From a virus, in IMG/VR virus record IMGVR_UViG_3300009285_000031, positions 1 through 38,317 of that record: a stretch of DNA of 38,317 bases; one strand, given 5' to 3'. How positions within the stretch are numbered: position 1 is the stretch's first letter; each line of letters begins with the position of its first letter. Under the pieces are notes generated by a model. That model did not search any database. It was not told the DNA's origin and saw nothing but the letters and a program-made list of their open reading frames with translations. Shown here piece after piece: positions 1-7,109 of the stretch. The translations under genes and the position numbers were made by a program.

Positions 1-73
1 GGGTATCTGGACCTCCGGGGCACGGCGGTGACCTCGCTCGGGTCACTGCAGTCTGTCGGCGGGTATCTGGACC
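1..73. repeat. Terminal redundancy: identical to 38245-38317. This is the signature of a circular or terminally redundant contig.
   Basis: Base-by-base comparison of the first 73 nt with the last 73 nt shows an exact match. Confidence 0.9.
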
Positions 74-137
74 TCGAGGGCACGGCGGTGACCTCGCTCG
101 GGTCACTGCAGTCTGTCGGCGGGTATCTGGACCTCCT
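1..137 (+). repeat. 60-bp tandem repeat, about 2.3 copies (1-60, 61-120, partial 121-137). It lies in frame inside the wrap-around ORF.
   Basis: The unit gggtatctggacctcCGgggcacggcggtgacctcgctcgggtcactgcagtctgtcggc is repeated. Copy 2 differs only at CG->GA (Arg->Glu). Each unit encodes a 20-aa repeat, GYLDL(R/E)GTAVTSLGSLQSVG. Confidence 0.9.
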
Positions 138-213
138 CATACGATGGTTTTGTTTTTTAAACTATCTGGCATCTGTACTTCGAAGGCGCGGCGGTCACAG
201 ATGGACAAGATAG
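1..213 (+). CDS. 3' part of the wrap-around ORF (continues from 37939..38317). Leucine-rich-repeat-like 20-aa repeat protein with a hydrophobic and basic C-terminal tail.
   Basis: Frame 1 is open from position 1 to TAG at 211-213 and is in phase with the ORF that runs off the 3' end. The repeat pattern LxxLxxVGGyLDLxGTxVTS resembles an LRR. Confidence 0.6.
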   Translation, partial: GYLDLRGTAVTSLGSLQSVGGYLDLEGTAVTSLGSLQSVGGYLDLLIRWFCFLNYLASVLRRRGGHRWTR

Positions 214-265
214 ATTGGTTTCTCGTTGGGTGGTTATTCGGAGGATTAATGGTGGAGGTTTTGCG

Positions 266-520
266 ATGGGTCCATTAATGTGGTTTTTTTTCTGGTATTT
301 TATTGCGACTGCTGTTGCCCTGCTGATATTTATTGCGGTAATAAATCTCGGTAAACACCGGGTGTTCTGCGGGTACTGTGGATCAGAGATCACAGATGAT
401 CTGGGACACGGTTGCCGTGGATTGAGAGAGGCACGAGGGAGAGCAATCAAAGAAGCGAAAGAAAATTCAGATCGGGAAGCGAGGCTTAACCATGCGAGGA
501 AAAACGCTCGACGAAATTGA
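266..520 (+). CDS. Small membrane protein (hypothetical).
   Basis: ORF 215..520. The internal ATG at 266 is preceded by GGTGGAGG. There is a hydrophobic segment (LMWFFFWYFIATAVALLIFIAVINL) followed by a basic tail. Confidence 0.5.
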   Translation: MGPLMWFFFWYFIATAVALLIFIAVINLGKHRVFCGYCGSEITDDLGHGCRGLREARGRAIKEAKENSDREARLNHARKNARRN

Positions 521-665
521 CGCCATGGTCTGGGACGGAGAGAACTGGGTTGAACGTGAAAAAATCCCGTGCGACGAGTGCTCGCGAAACTGCCGGCAAT
601 CGATAAAGGCGTACAACCACTTCGCATGCCGGTCTGGGGAGAGAGCTATCAACCAGGAGGAATAA
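492..665 (+). CDS. Small Cys-containing hypothetical protein (57 aa, below the ORF-track cutoff).
   Basis: Hand-translated as MRGKTLDEIDAMVWDGENWVEREKIPCDECSRNCRQSIKAYNHFACRSGERAINQEE. Its stop is coupled to the next start (TAATG). Confidence 0.3.
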   Translation: MRGKTLDEIDAMVWDGENWVEREKIPCDECSRNCRQSIKAYNHFACRSGERAINQEE

Positions 666-871
666 TGCCATTCTGCGGAAATTGCAAATCATGTCACGAA
701 AATTGTCGTAACCACGACCCTTGTCTAACGTGCTGGTCTGATTTTTTAGAAACAAGAGTGAAAACTAAATTCAGTAAAAAACGTTCGGCAATTTATAATC
801 CTAATCACAATGATCCTTTAAGCATAAAACGTAAGAAAAAACTGAAATTGGTTGCCGGCGTCAGGTTTTGA
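665..871 (+). CDS. Cys-rich small protein (hypothetical, possibly zinc-binding).
   Basis: ATG at 665 is preceded by AGGAGG. The protein begins MPFCGNCKSCHENCRNHDPCLTCW. Confidence 0.5.
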   Translation: MPFCGNCKSCHENCRNHDPCLTCWSDFLETRVKTKFSKKRSAIYNPNHNDPLSIKRKKKLKLVAGVRF

Positions 872-1008
872 TTGTATATTGTTCTCATGATTCGCAAAAT
901 CATTGTTGAAAAATAACTCCCTCGGCGTCTCGCACCTAATGCGGGTGTCTCTGTGTTTTCTTGCGAATCATCACAGATACAGCCGAGGGAATTTTTTTAG
1001 GAATTCTA

Positions 1009-1695
1009 ATGGCTCGACCAAAAAAAGAAGGTCTTGATTATTTTCCTGTTGATGTAGTCTTCGACGAAAAAATTGAGTCAATTGAACTGATTCACCACAA
1101 CGACGGGCTTGTATGGGTTTTAAGATTTTGGCAAAAAGCATACAAAGCAATGACAGGGCTCGTCGATTTTAATGGATTATTCGCCGAATTATTCTCGAAT
1201 AAATGTAGAATAACTATTGAAAAACATCAAGAAATACTAAAAACGGCAATTGCGGTCGATTTTTGTCATGAGGTTGAGACTGGAATTTATACATCAAATG
1301 GCATTCAAAAAAGAATATCATCTGTTTCAAAAGATCGTTCTGATGCAATATTAAGACAGAATGAAAAGAAAAAGAAGAGTAAAGTAAAGAAGAGTAAAGT
1401 AAAGAAGAGTAAAGTAAAGGATTGCCCTGGTTATTCGGTGAATAATAAAAATATGACACATCCTACATTCGAAGAGTTCGAAAAATATTGCATCGACCAC
1501 CGGCATAAAAGCATCGCTCGACAGGCATATGATGGGTACGCGGTTGCAGACTGGCACGATTCCAGGGGAAAGAAAATCAAGAATTGGAAACAGAAAGTGA
1601 TCCATGTGTGGTTCAGGCAGGATAATGAGGACGGGAAACAAAAAGAAACTCAGATGGAAATGATGGAACGGCTTCAGAGGGAGGGAAAAATATGA
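1009..1695 (+). CDS. Replication organiser-like protein with a DUF4373 (Lin1244/Lin1753-like) N-terminal domain.
   Basis: The N-terminus MARPKKEGLDYFPVDVVFDEKIESIELIHHNDGLVWVLRFWQKAY matches the pattern I know for DUF4373 phage replisome organisers. The internal ATG at 1009 was preferred over the ORF-track start at 961. Confidence 0.55.
   Translation: MARPKKEGLDYFPVDVVFDEKIESIELIHHNDGLVWVLRFWQKAYKAMTGLVDFNGLFAELFSNKCRITIEKHQEILKTAIAVDFCHEVETGIYTSNGIQKRISSVSKDRSDAILRQNEKKKKSKVKKSKVKKSKVKDCPGYSVNNKNMTHPTFEEFEKYCIDHRHKSIARQAYDGYAVADWHDSRGKKIKNWKQKVIHVWFRQDNEDGKQKETQMEMMERLQREGKI
1372..1416 (+). repeat. 15-bp tandem repeat x3 (aagaagagtaaagta), encoding (KKSKV)x3 inside the DUF4373-like gene.
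   Basis: Three perfect, directly adjacent copies read from the sequence. Confidence 0.9.
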
Positions 1696-2138
1696 ATATC
1701 AGAAACTACGACTATCTCGGCCTTTTGAATGAAATAGCTATTGCATCAGATCGTCAATTTTCTGAAGTCCAAACGATGTCACTAGTCGATGAGTTAAAAA
1801 AAATTGATTGGAAAGACGCTTATAGAATAATAGTTAGATTTGTTCGACAGCCTTCTCTTCCAAAAAACATTTACGGATCTCTCATATCAGCGATTGAGTA
1901 CATAAAATACGAAAATAAAAAGAAACTTGAAAAATCAGAACCATCATGGAAACCGGCAACCGATGATATGGCTACGCCTGAAGAGTTTATTTTAACGATG
2001 AAAATAATTGGAAAATTATCATCGTGTGAAAACGCAAGGAAAAACCTTGAAGATTTCGCAACTGAAATGAACGATGCCATAGATCGCAAAAACCTGACAG
2101 GGTATTTAATGGAAATTGACAAAGGTATTACGGTTTAA
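1692..2138 (+). CDS. Hypothetical protein.
   Basis: 148-aa ORF whose start overlaps the upstream stop (ATGA). AT-rich like its neighbour. Confidence 0.55.
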   Translation: MNIRNYDYLGLLNEIAIASDRQFSEVQTMSLVDELKKIDWKDAYRIIVRFVRQPSLPKNIYGSLISAIEYIKYENKKKLEKSEPSWKPATDDMATPEEFILTMKIIGKLSSCENARKNLEDFATEMNDAIDRKNLTGYLMEIDKGITV

Positions 2139-2144
2139 AAATAT

Positions 2145-2336
2145 ATGACGCAACAATCAGATCATCAATGCGAGTGCGGATCGTGGTATCACGACGGCGG
2201 GGTATGCAAGTGCGGAAAGTCCGTCTTCGTTCTTCCGGTGTTTTATGCCGGGAAAGAGTCTGAATTCGATATGACCAAAAGGGGTCCTCGCGGCGCAGGG
2301 TGGAATAAAAAACAGCACAAAGTTGAATGGAAATAA
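2145..2336 (+). CDS. Small hypothetical protein with a Cys cluster (CECGSWYHDGGVCKCG).
   Basis: 63-aa ORF tightly spaced within the operon. Confidence 0.4.
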   Translation: MTQQSDHQCECGSWYHDGGVCKCGKSVFVLPVFYAGKESEFDMTKRGPRGAGWNKKQHKVEWK

Positions 2337-2351
2337 CAGAACGGAGGAGAT

Positions 2352-3230
2352 ATGAAACCTGGAATTTATTACAATGTCCCGATGGAAGAGTACAAAAAAT
2401 GGCCTGGGGTGCACAAGTCGATGTTTCATTCAATTCTTCGGTCCGGGTTGCAATTGAAGCACGACACCGAAAACGAACCAGAGCCGACCGCCATCATGGT
2501 TTTCGGAAATCTGGTCGATTGCCTGCTGTTCGAACCGGCGCTTTTTTCGTCCCGGTACAAGCTCGCCCCAGATACATACCCGGCGATCGTAAAAAAGGTT
2601 CAGATCGACAAGCCGTGGAACTGGAACGCCAACTACTGCAAGGAGTGGCGCGACGAACAGCCGGAAGGCGTGGAGGTCGTAACCGGAGGAGAGCTTTCCA
2701 GGGCGTCGACAATCAAAAACAGGGTTTTAAACCACCCGGACGCCGGAAGGTGGCTTTTAAGGCCACAAAGACAGGTGAGCCTCTTCTGGGTCGATCCAGA
2801 GACCGATCTGCCCTGTAAGGGGCGGATAGACGCCTTGCCGGAGGATTTGAGCCGTATCGTGGACTTGAAAGTCACCGACGACCCGCTTCCGGGATCATTT
2901 TCCAGAATTGTGAACAATTTTTTGTATCACGCCGGAGGAGCGTTTTACCATGACGGTTTTTTCCTGGCGCAGGGAAAAGACCCGGGGCAGGGGCCGCAGA
3001 TACCGTTTTCTTTCATCGCTGCCGAAGCGGATGCCCCCTTCGACGTGGTGACATACGACCTCGGACCGGAGTCGTTCGACGCTGGACGCATCGCTTACCG
3101 CCATGCGCTGGCGCGATACAAAGAAATCACGGACTCGAACGAGTACTTGGGGTACTCGAATGTGACCGAAGAAATTGAGATCCCGCGGTGGGCGCTCAAC
3201 AGAATTCAGATGGAGGGAATAATCGAATGA
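2352..3230 (+). CDS. PD-(D/E)XK exonuclease, RecE-like (DUF3799-type).
   Basis: RBS GGAGGAG lies upstream. The motifs GNLVDCLLFEP and GRIDAL...IVDLKVT (D...D-x-K) fit the PD-(D/E)XK core, and the gene sits in a recombination module. Confidence 0.65.
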   Translation: MKPGIYYNVPMEEYKKWPGVHKSMFHSILRSGLQLKHDTENEPEPTAIMVFGNLVDCLLFEPALFSSRYKLAPDTYPAIVKKVQIDKPWNWNANYCKEWRDEQPEGVEVVTGGELSRASTIKNRVLNHPDAGRWLLRPQRQVSLFWVDPETDLPCKGRIDALPEDLSRIVDLKVTDDPLPGSFSRIVNNFLYHAGGAFYHDGFFLAQGKDPGQGPQIPFSFIAAEADAPFDVVTYDLGPESFDAGRIAYRHALARYKEITDSNEYLGYSNVTEEIEIPRWALNRIQMEGIIE

Positions 3231-3976
3231 ACACTCAAAACCTAGTAAAACCTGAAGTCGTGGAAAATGTTGAAAATCCTGTCGATCGCATCATGCTGGC
3301 CGTAGGGCTTGCAGGTCTCGGGGGTCCCGGGCAGATGAAAAAAGATTTGACCGAAAACCTTTCTATTCATCAGGCTGTAATCGATTTTGTAAACGAGCAT
3401 TTTGTCGAGGGGATAGATTACGGCAAGGGTGATCCACGGTCAGAAAAAAAATCATTGCTTAAGCCCGGAGCGGAAAAAATCTGTAAGGCGTTCAACACTC
3501 ACCCTCACTGGACTGTAGACAAAGATATGTGGGAGATCCTTGGACGCCCGACGAATACGGCGTTTTTTACCTGCCATATAATCCACAATGTAACCGGCGC
3601 TATCATTGGAGAGGGTCGTGGCGCATGCACAATCGGGGAGAAGTATAACGGGCAGCCGGCGCGCGATACGAACGGATCAATCAAGATTGCAAAAAAAAGG
3701 GCGATGGTTGACGCCGCGCTCGATGCCTTCATGTTGTCGGAGAGATTCACTCAGGATATGGACGAAATAAAATCTTTCATCGATGAAAAAAAGCTTCTTT
3801 ATGAAGCCGTCCAAAAAATGCGTTCAGGAATAAAATCGGATTTGACCGACAGTATGTTCATTCAAAAGGTGTGTTCTCAAACTATACACCAAAAATCAAT
3901 TTCAACCCGTAAGCAGCTGGAGATGGTGAACGAAGCCGTAAGCCTATACGATTTCGCAACCGGCGAAAAAAATTGA
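3227..3976 (+). CDS. Putative single-strand annealing or recombination protein.
   Basis: The start overlaps the exonuclease stop (ATGA) and the gene lies between the exonuclease and RusA. The segments LLKPGAEKICKAF and IKIAKKRAMVDAALDAF resemble annealing proteins. The call is mainly positional. Confidence 0.35.
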   Translation: MNTQNLVKPEVVENVENPVDRIMLAVGLAGLGGPGQMKKDLTENLSIHQAVIDFVNEHFVEGIDYGKGDPRSEKKSLLKPGAEKICKAFNTHPHWTVDKDMWEILGRPTNTAFFTCHIIHNVTGAIIGEGRGACTIGEKYNGQPARDTNGSIKIAKKRAMVDAALDAFMLSERFTQDMDEIKSFIDEKKLLYEAVQKMRSGIKSDLTDSMFIQKVCSQTIHQKSISTRKQLEMVNEAVSLYDFATGEKN

Positions 3977-4432
3977 ATGGATGTGAAAATTGGTGGGGCT
4001 GTAATGGACATTCTATTTACCGTTCCAGCGGTTCCGGTTGCGCAGCCAAGGCAACGGCACGCTATTGCAAAGGGAGGATTCATCACGAATTACACCCCGG
4101 CGGCGCATCCGGTAAACCAGTTTAAGGCGGCGGTAGGGTTCGCATCGAAACAGGTCTATTCCGGGCCTGTTTTGGATTGCGCCCTGTCGGTTGACATAGT
4201 GGCGGTTTTCCCAAGGCCGAAAAGCATGGTTAAGAAAAACAAGCCTATGAACCGGGAGTGGAAAAAGTCAAAGCCGGATATAGACAATATTGAGAAGAGC
4301 GTGTTCGACGCTCTGAATGGCGTACTATGGCGCGACGACAGTTTGGTATGCTCAGGAAGTACAATGAAATTTATCGCATCCGGAGAAGAACAGCCACATG
4401 TTGAAATAAGAGTTGTTTCGCTTGAAAAATAA
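3977..4432 (+). CDS. rusA: RusA-family Holliday junction resolvase.
   Basis: The motifs AQPRQRH, KPDIDNIEKSVFDALNGVLWRDDSLV and a size of about 140 aa are typical of RusA. The true start may be ATG 4004 (MDILF), which is preceded by GGTGGGG. Confidence 0.85.
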   Translation: MDVKIGGAVMDILFTVPAVPVAQPRQRHAIAKGGFITNYTPAAHPVNQFKAAVGFASKQVYSGPVLDCALSVDIVAVFPRPKSMVKKNKPMNREWKKSKPDIDNIEKSVFDALNGVLWRDDSLVCSGSTMKFIASGEEQPHVEIRVVSLEK

Positions 4433-4559
4433 TTGAAATAAATCTTGCACGATAGAATAATGTAGTGTATGTTACATAATATGAAAACAAAAACGTATTT
4501 CGCATAATGGGTGTTGGTTGACATATTGTTTTTCTTTTTGAGTTATAGGAGTTTGCGCT

Positions 4560-4796
4560 ATGTATTTAAACAGCGATGAGGTTCTTCAGGATGCTATCGA
4601 GCAAGGTTTAATAAAATTTGGTCGCAGAGGTTCAAATAAAGTTGCTGTGTGCTGTTCACAAAGTGTAACCGTAAGCATCGAATATGTTTTTGATCTATAT
4701 CGACGCGCAAACTCAGTCAATTTGGTAGAAAAACAAAACGATCAACCAACACAGGCAGTACGCAAGCCGGAGGAACCGGCCAGCGCACATGCCTAA
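4560..4796 (+). CDS. Hypothetical protein.
   Basis: 78-aa ORF with RBS TAGGAG. It follows a 127-bp AT-rich spacer that contains TTGACA. Confidence 0.45.
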   Translation: MYLNSDEVLQDAIEQGLIKFGRRGSNKVAVCCSQSVTVSIEYVFDLYRRANSVNLVEKQNDQPTQAVRKPEEPASAHA

Positions 4797-4847
4797 ACCG
4801 TTGGGCGAAATGCCCGTTTTGAAAACCATTTATTATAGGCGGCGACA

Positions 4848-5063
4848 ATGCAATCAATAGAACGTCGGTATATGAACGATCCTTTAATCCATAAATTGGT
4901 TGATTTGCTTACACAGCAAATTGACGAGCTTAAATTAACTCCGTCAGAGATAAGAGAGTGTGCCGTGTTGGCGGCAATCAACCATGAACGTAGAAGGCTG
5001 CCGCAGTATTTTGCGGAACAAAACGGGCACATCGCCCAACAGGCCGAGGTTGACATAACATAA
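4848..5063 (+). CDS. Hypothetical protein.
   Basis: 71-aa ORF on the same strand as its neighbours. Confidence 0.4.
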   Translation: MQSIERRYMNDPLIHKLVDLLTQQIDELKLTPSEIRECAVLAAINHERRRLPQYFAEQNGHIAQQAEVDIT

Positions 5064-5130
5064 TCACGTTACGGTCAACCATTGGCCGGGACGTTGTAGT
5101 CAATAACGCCCTCTGGAGATTGTAAGCGTA

Positions 5131-5844
5131 ATGAGAACATTTAAATTACTCGATCTTTTTTGCTGTGCAGGGGGCGCTTCGGCTGGCTATGCAAAAGCGG
5201 GGTTCGAATGCGTTGGGGTTGACATTAACAATCAACCGAGATATCCGTTTGAATTTCACCAGGCCGACGCCTTCGAGTATCTGCATCAATACGGGGAACA
5301 TTTTGACGTTATACATGCAAGTCCTCCATGTCAAAGATACAGTCAGCTTACTCCTAAAGAGTATCGCGGAAACCATCCTGATTATATCGACCTGATCAGA
5401 TCGGACTTACTGACACTTGGGAAACCTTACGTAATAGAGAATGTGCCAGGGGCAAGGGCATTGCTTAAAAGCCCGCTTATGCTTTGTGGAACAATGTTCG
5501 GGTTGCGTATCCGCAGGCATCGCTTTTTCGAAATAGTACCCAGGATAGCGCCCCCGCTTCTAGCTTGCGATCATACGTTTTATCCGGTCCTGATCTCTGG
5601 TACTCACAAGCGTAAAGGCGGGCGATTCGAGTATTCGGCACAATCGTGTCGTGATGCAAGTGGGCTACATTGGATGACTCGCAAGGAAATGGATGAGGCT
5701 ATACCGCCCGCCTTTACTTGCTTCATTGGAGAGCAGCTCGTTGCACAGTTGAATGTGGAGTCGGGCGTTACATGCCTACAACACAGTATAGCAGGCTCGC
5801 AAAGCCTCGGCCCAAATGCCGAAGCGGCACTTCTGCTATGCTAG
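5131..5844 (+). CDS. DNA (cytosine-5) methyltransferase, short form.
   Basis: Motif I LDLFCCAGGAS, motif IV ASPPCQRYS and motif VI YVIENVPG are all present. Confidence 0.85.
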   Translation: MRTFKLLDLFCCAGGASAGYAKAGFECVGVDINNQPRYPFEFHQADAFEYLHQYGEHFDVIHASPPCQRYSQLTPKEYRGNHPDYIDLIRSDLLTLGKPYVIENVPGARALLKSPLMLCGTMFGLRIRRHRFFEIVPRIAPPLLACDHTFYPVLISGTHKRKGGRFEYSAQSCRDASGLHWMTRKEMDEAIPPAFTCFIGEQLVAQLNVESGVTCLQHSIAGSQSLGPNAEAALLLC

Positions 5845-5847
5845 TCC

Positions 5848-5888
5848 TTGTACGCCATTTGTAAACCTTTGGAGATTGTAGGCGGCGC
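5848..5888 (+). repeat. Left arm of the long-range helix that brackets the radical SAM gene.
   Basis: TTGTACGC-ca-TTTGTAAACCTT-tggaga-TTGTAG-GCGGCGC is complementary to 6688-6728, segment by segment. Confidence 0.8.
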
Positions 5889-6749
5889 ATGAAAATCGCA
5901 AGAGTGTTCCCGGTACAAACAGCGGCCACGCCAGTGGATCAACTGGCATTTGTGGACTGCGAGCCTGGTCTATTCGCTCCAGAGGTTGACGAGGTACACG
6001 TAAGCGTGGCCTTCTCTTGGCACATGCAACGGGCCGAGCAGTTGGCCGAGGCCTGGTCGCACGTCGCGCCGGTGCAGATCGGAGGGCCTGCCTTCAACAA
6101 ACCCGGCGCAGCATTCGTGCCCGGTCGATATGTTCGTGCTGGATACACAATAACGTCGCGTGGCTGTCCGAATCGCTGCTGGTTTTGCTCTGTCTGGCAC
6201 CGTGAACCCGGCCTTTTGGAACTGCCGATTGTCGATGGTACGAACATTCTCGACGACAACCTGCTGGCATGTTCTGAGCGGCATGTACGCGATGTTTTTG
6301 CGATGCTATCGAGGCAGCGCGGGCGTGTGGAGTTTACGGGCGGACTTGAAGCTGCGAGGCTTCAGGCTTGGCACGTAGAGCTTCTCGCCAAGTTGCGGCC
6401 CGCTCAGATGTTTTTCGCGCTGGATACTCCCGACGATGAAGAGCCGCTCAGAAACGCCTCTCGTATGCTGCGGGAGGCCGGGTTCACGCGTCAACAGATG
6501 CGAGCATATTGCCTTATCGGGGGGCCACGCGACACGCTCGAACAAGCTGAGGTGCGGCTGCGCCTATGTGTCGAATTGGGCTTTTTCCCCATGGCGACGC
6601 TATGGCGCGACCAGAAAGGTATTACAGACCCGCAGTGGCGTGCGTTTCAACGTGAGTGGGCTCGGCCCTCAATCATCTATCGGAAATGCGCCGCTGAAAA
6701 CAGTGGAAGGTTTACAAACAGCGTACAACAGGCGCAGCTTGCAATTTGA
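5889..6749 (+). CDS. Radical SAM enzyme of unknown specificity.
   Basis: The CxxxCxxC cluster in TSRGCPNRCWFCSVW lies after an N-terminal domain of about 90 aa. The ORF is 286 aa. Confidence 0.8.
   Translation: MKIARVFPVQTAATPVDQLAFVDCEPGLFAPEVDEVHVSVAFSWHMQRAEQLAEAWSHVAPVQIGGPAFNKPGAAFVPGRYVRAGYTITSRGCPNRCWFCSVWHREPGLLELPIVDGTNILDDNLLACSERHVRDVFAMLSRQRGRVEFTGGLEAARLQAWHVELLAKLRPAQMFFALDTPDDEEPLRNASRMLREAGFTRQQMRAYCLIGGPRDTLEQAEVRLRLCVELGFFPMATLWRDQKGITDPQWRAFQREWARPSIIYRKCAAENSGRFTNSVQQAQLAI
6688..6728 (+). repeat. Right arm of the long-range helix that brackets the radical SAM gene. It lies inside the 3' end of the ORF.
   Basis: GCGCCGC-TGAAAA-cagtgg-AAGGTTTACAAA-ca-GCGTACAA is the reverse complement of the 7-, 12- and 8-bp segments of 5848-5888. 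Confidence 0.8.
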
Positions 6750-6792
6750 GTACAAACAGCAAGCGTGCTCCGGGACGTTATGCGGAAATAAT

Positions 6793-6929
6793 GGGGCTTT
6801 CCGATGGTTGTAGGCGGCGATGGGAACAGAGACCGGAGCATGGTGCTACCTCGGACCGGTGAGCATTACCGAGGGGATGTCGTCGCGTCGGCATCCAGCT
6901 TAGTCGCCGCTGAACACTATGGAGGCCCC
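6793..6929 (+). ncRNA. Candidate structured RNA (bracket-motif element A).
   Basis: The region has no ORF. It has an outer helix (6793-6801/6921-6929), TTGTAG (6808-6813), a 7-bp helix (GCGGCGA 6814-6820 / TCGCCGC 6904-6910) and TGAACA (6911-6916). There is an inner hairpin CCTCGG/CCGAGG (6849-6854/6869-6874). Confidence 0.5.
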
Positions 6930-7109
6930 TTTACGTTCACATAACACGCAAAGTAATCAATAGGCCCGGCCTGTGCCGATAGGGTTAACATGGCCGCACG
7001 GTAAAGCACTTAAGGTGGGCGTACTGTGACTCACGAGTGCCGGGCCTACAGCTTACATTTGCGAACACGTTAGGCGAAATAAAAAATATTTTTCAATTTT
7101 TGTTTCTTT

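Noticed and set aside
887-971. An 11-bp inverted repeat, ATGATTCGCAA / TTGCGAATCAT, separated by 63 nt, upstream of the DUF4373-like gene.
   Set aside because: One 11-bp inverted pair at this spacing is about what chance predicts genome-wide. There is no supporting covariation and no second copy.
4433-4559. An AT-rich spacer with TTGACA (4518-4523) and possible -10-like sequences upstream of ORF 4560.
   Set aside because: No -10 hexamer lies at a convincing 16-18 nt spacing, so I did not call it a promoter.
5816-5830. An exact 15-mer, ATGCCGAAGCGGCAC, also found at 8426-8440. It forms a small hairpin, TGCCG-aag-CGGCA.
   Set aside because: A single exact 15-mer pair is roughly what chance predicts in a genome of 38 kb. 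Without further copies I cannot call it a repeat family.
6873-6896. The sequence GGGGATGTCGTC...GCATCC resembles what I recall of the THF riboswitch (GGGAUGUCGUC ... GCAUCC), and the next gene is a folate-type reductase.
   Set aside because: The match is short and from memory. The rest of the THF consensus is not evident. About 200 nt and another structure separate it from the gene, and the same bracket architecture recurs in non-folate contexts. It needs an Rfam cmscan (RF01831) before any claim can be made.
6961-7048. A 10-bp helix, TAGGCCCGGC / GCCGGGCCTA, enclosing 68 nt just upstream of the DHFR-family gene. It shares the sequence TAAGGTGG with element B.
   Set aside because: A single 10-bp long-range pairing in GC-rich DNA is not statistically compelling. 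It lacks the TTGTAG/TGAA core, so it is kept only as a note for anyone folding the 6750-7109 spacer.
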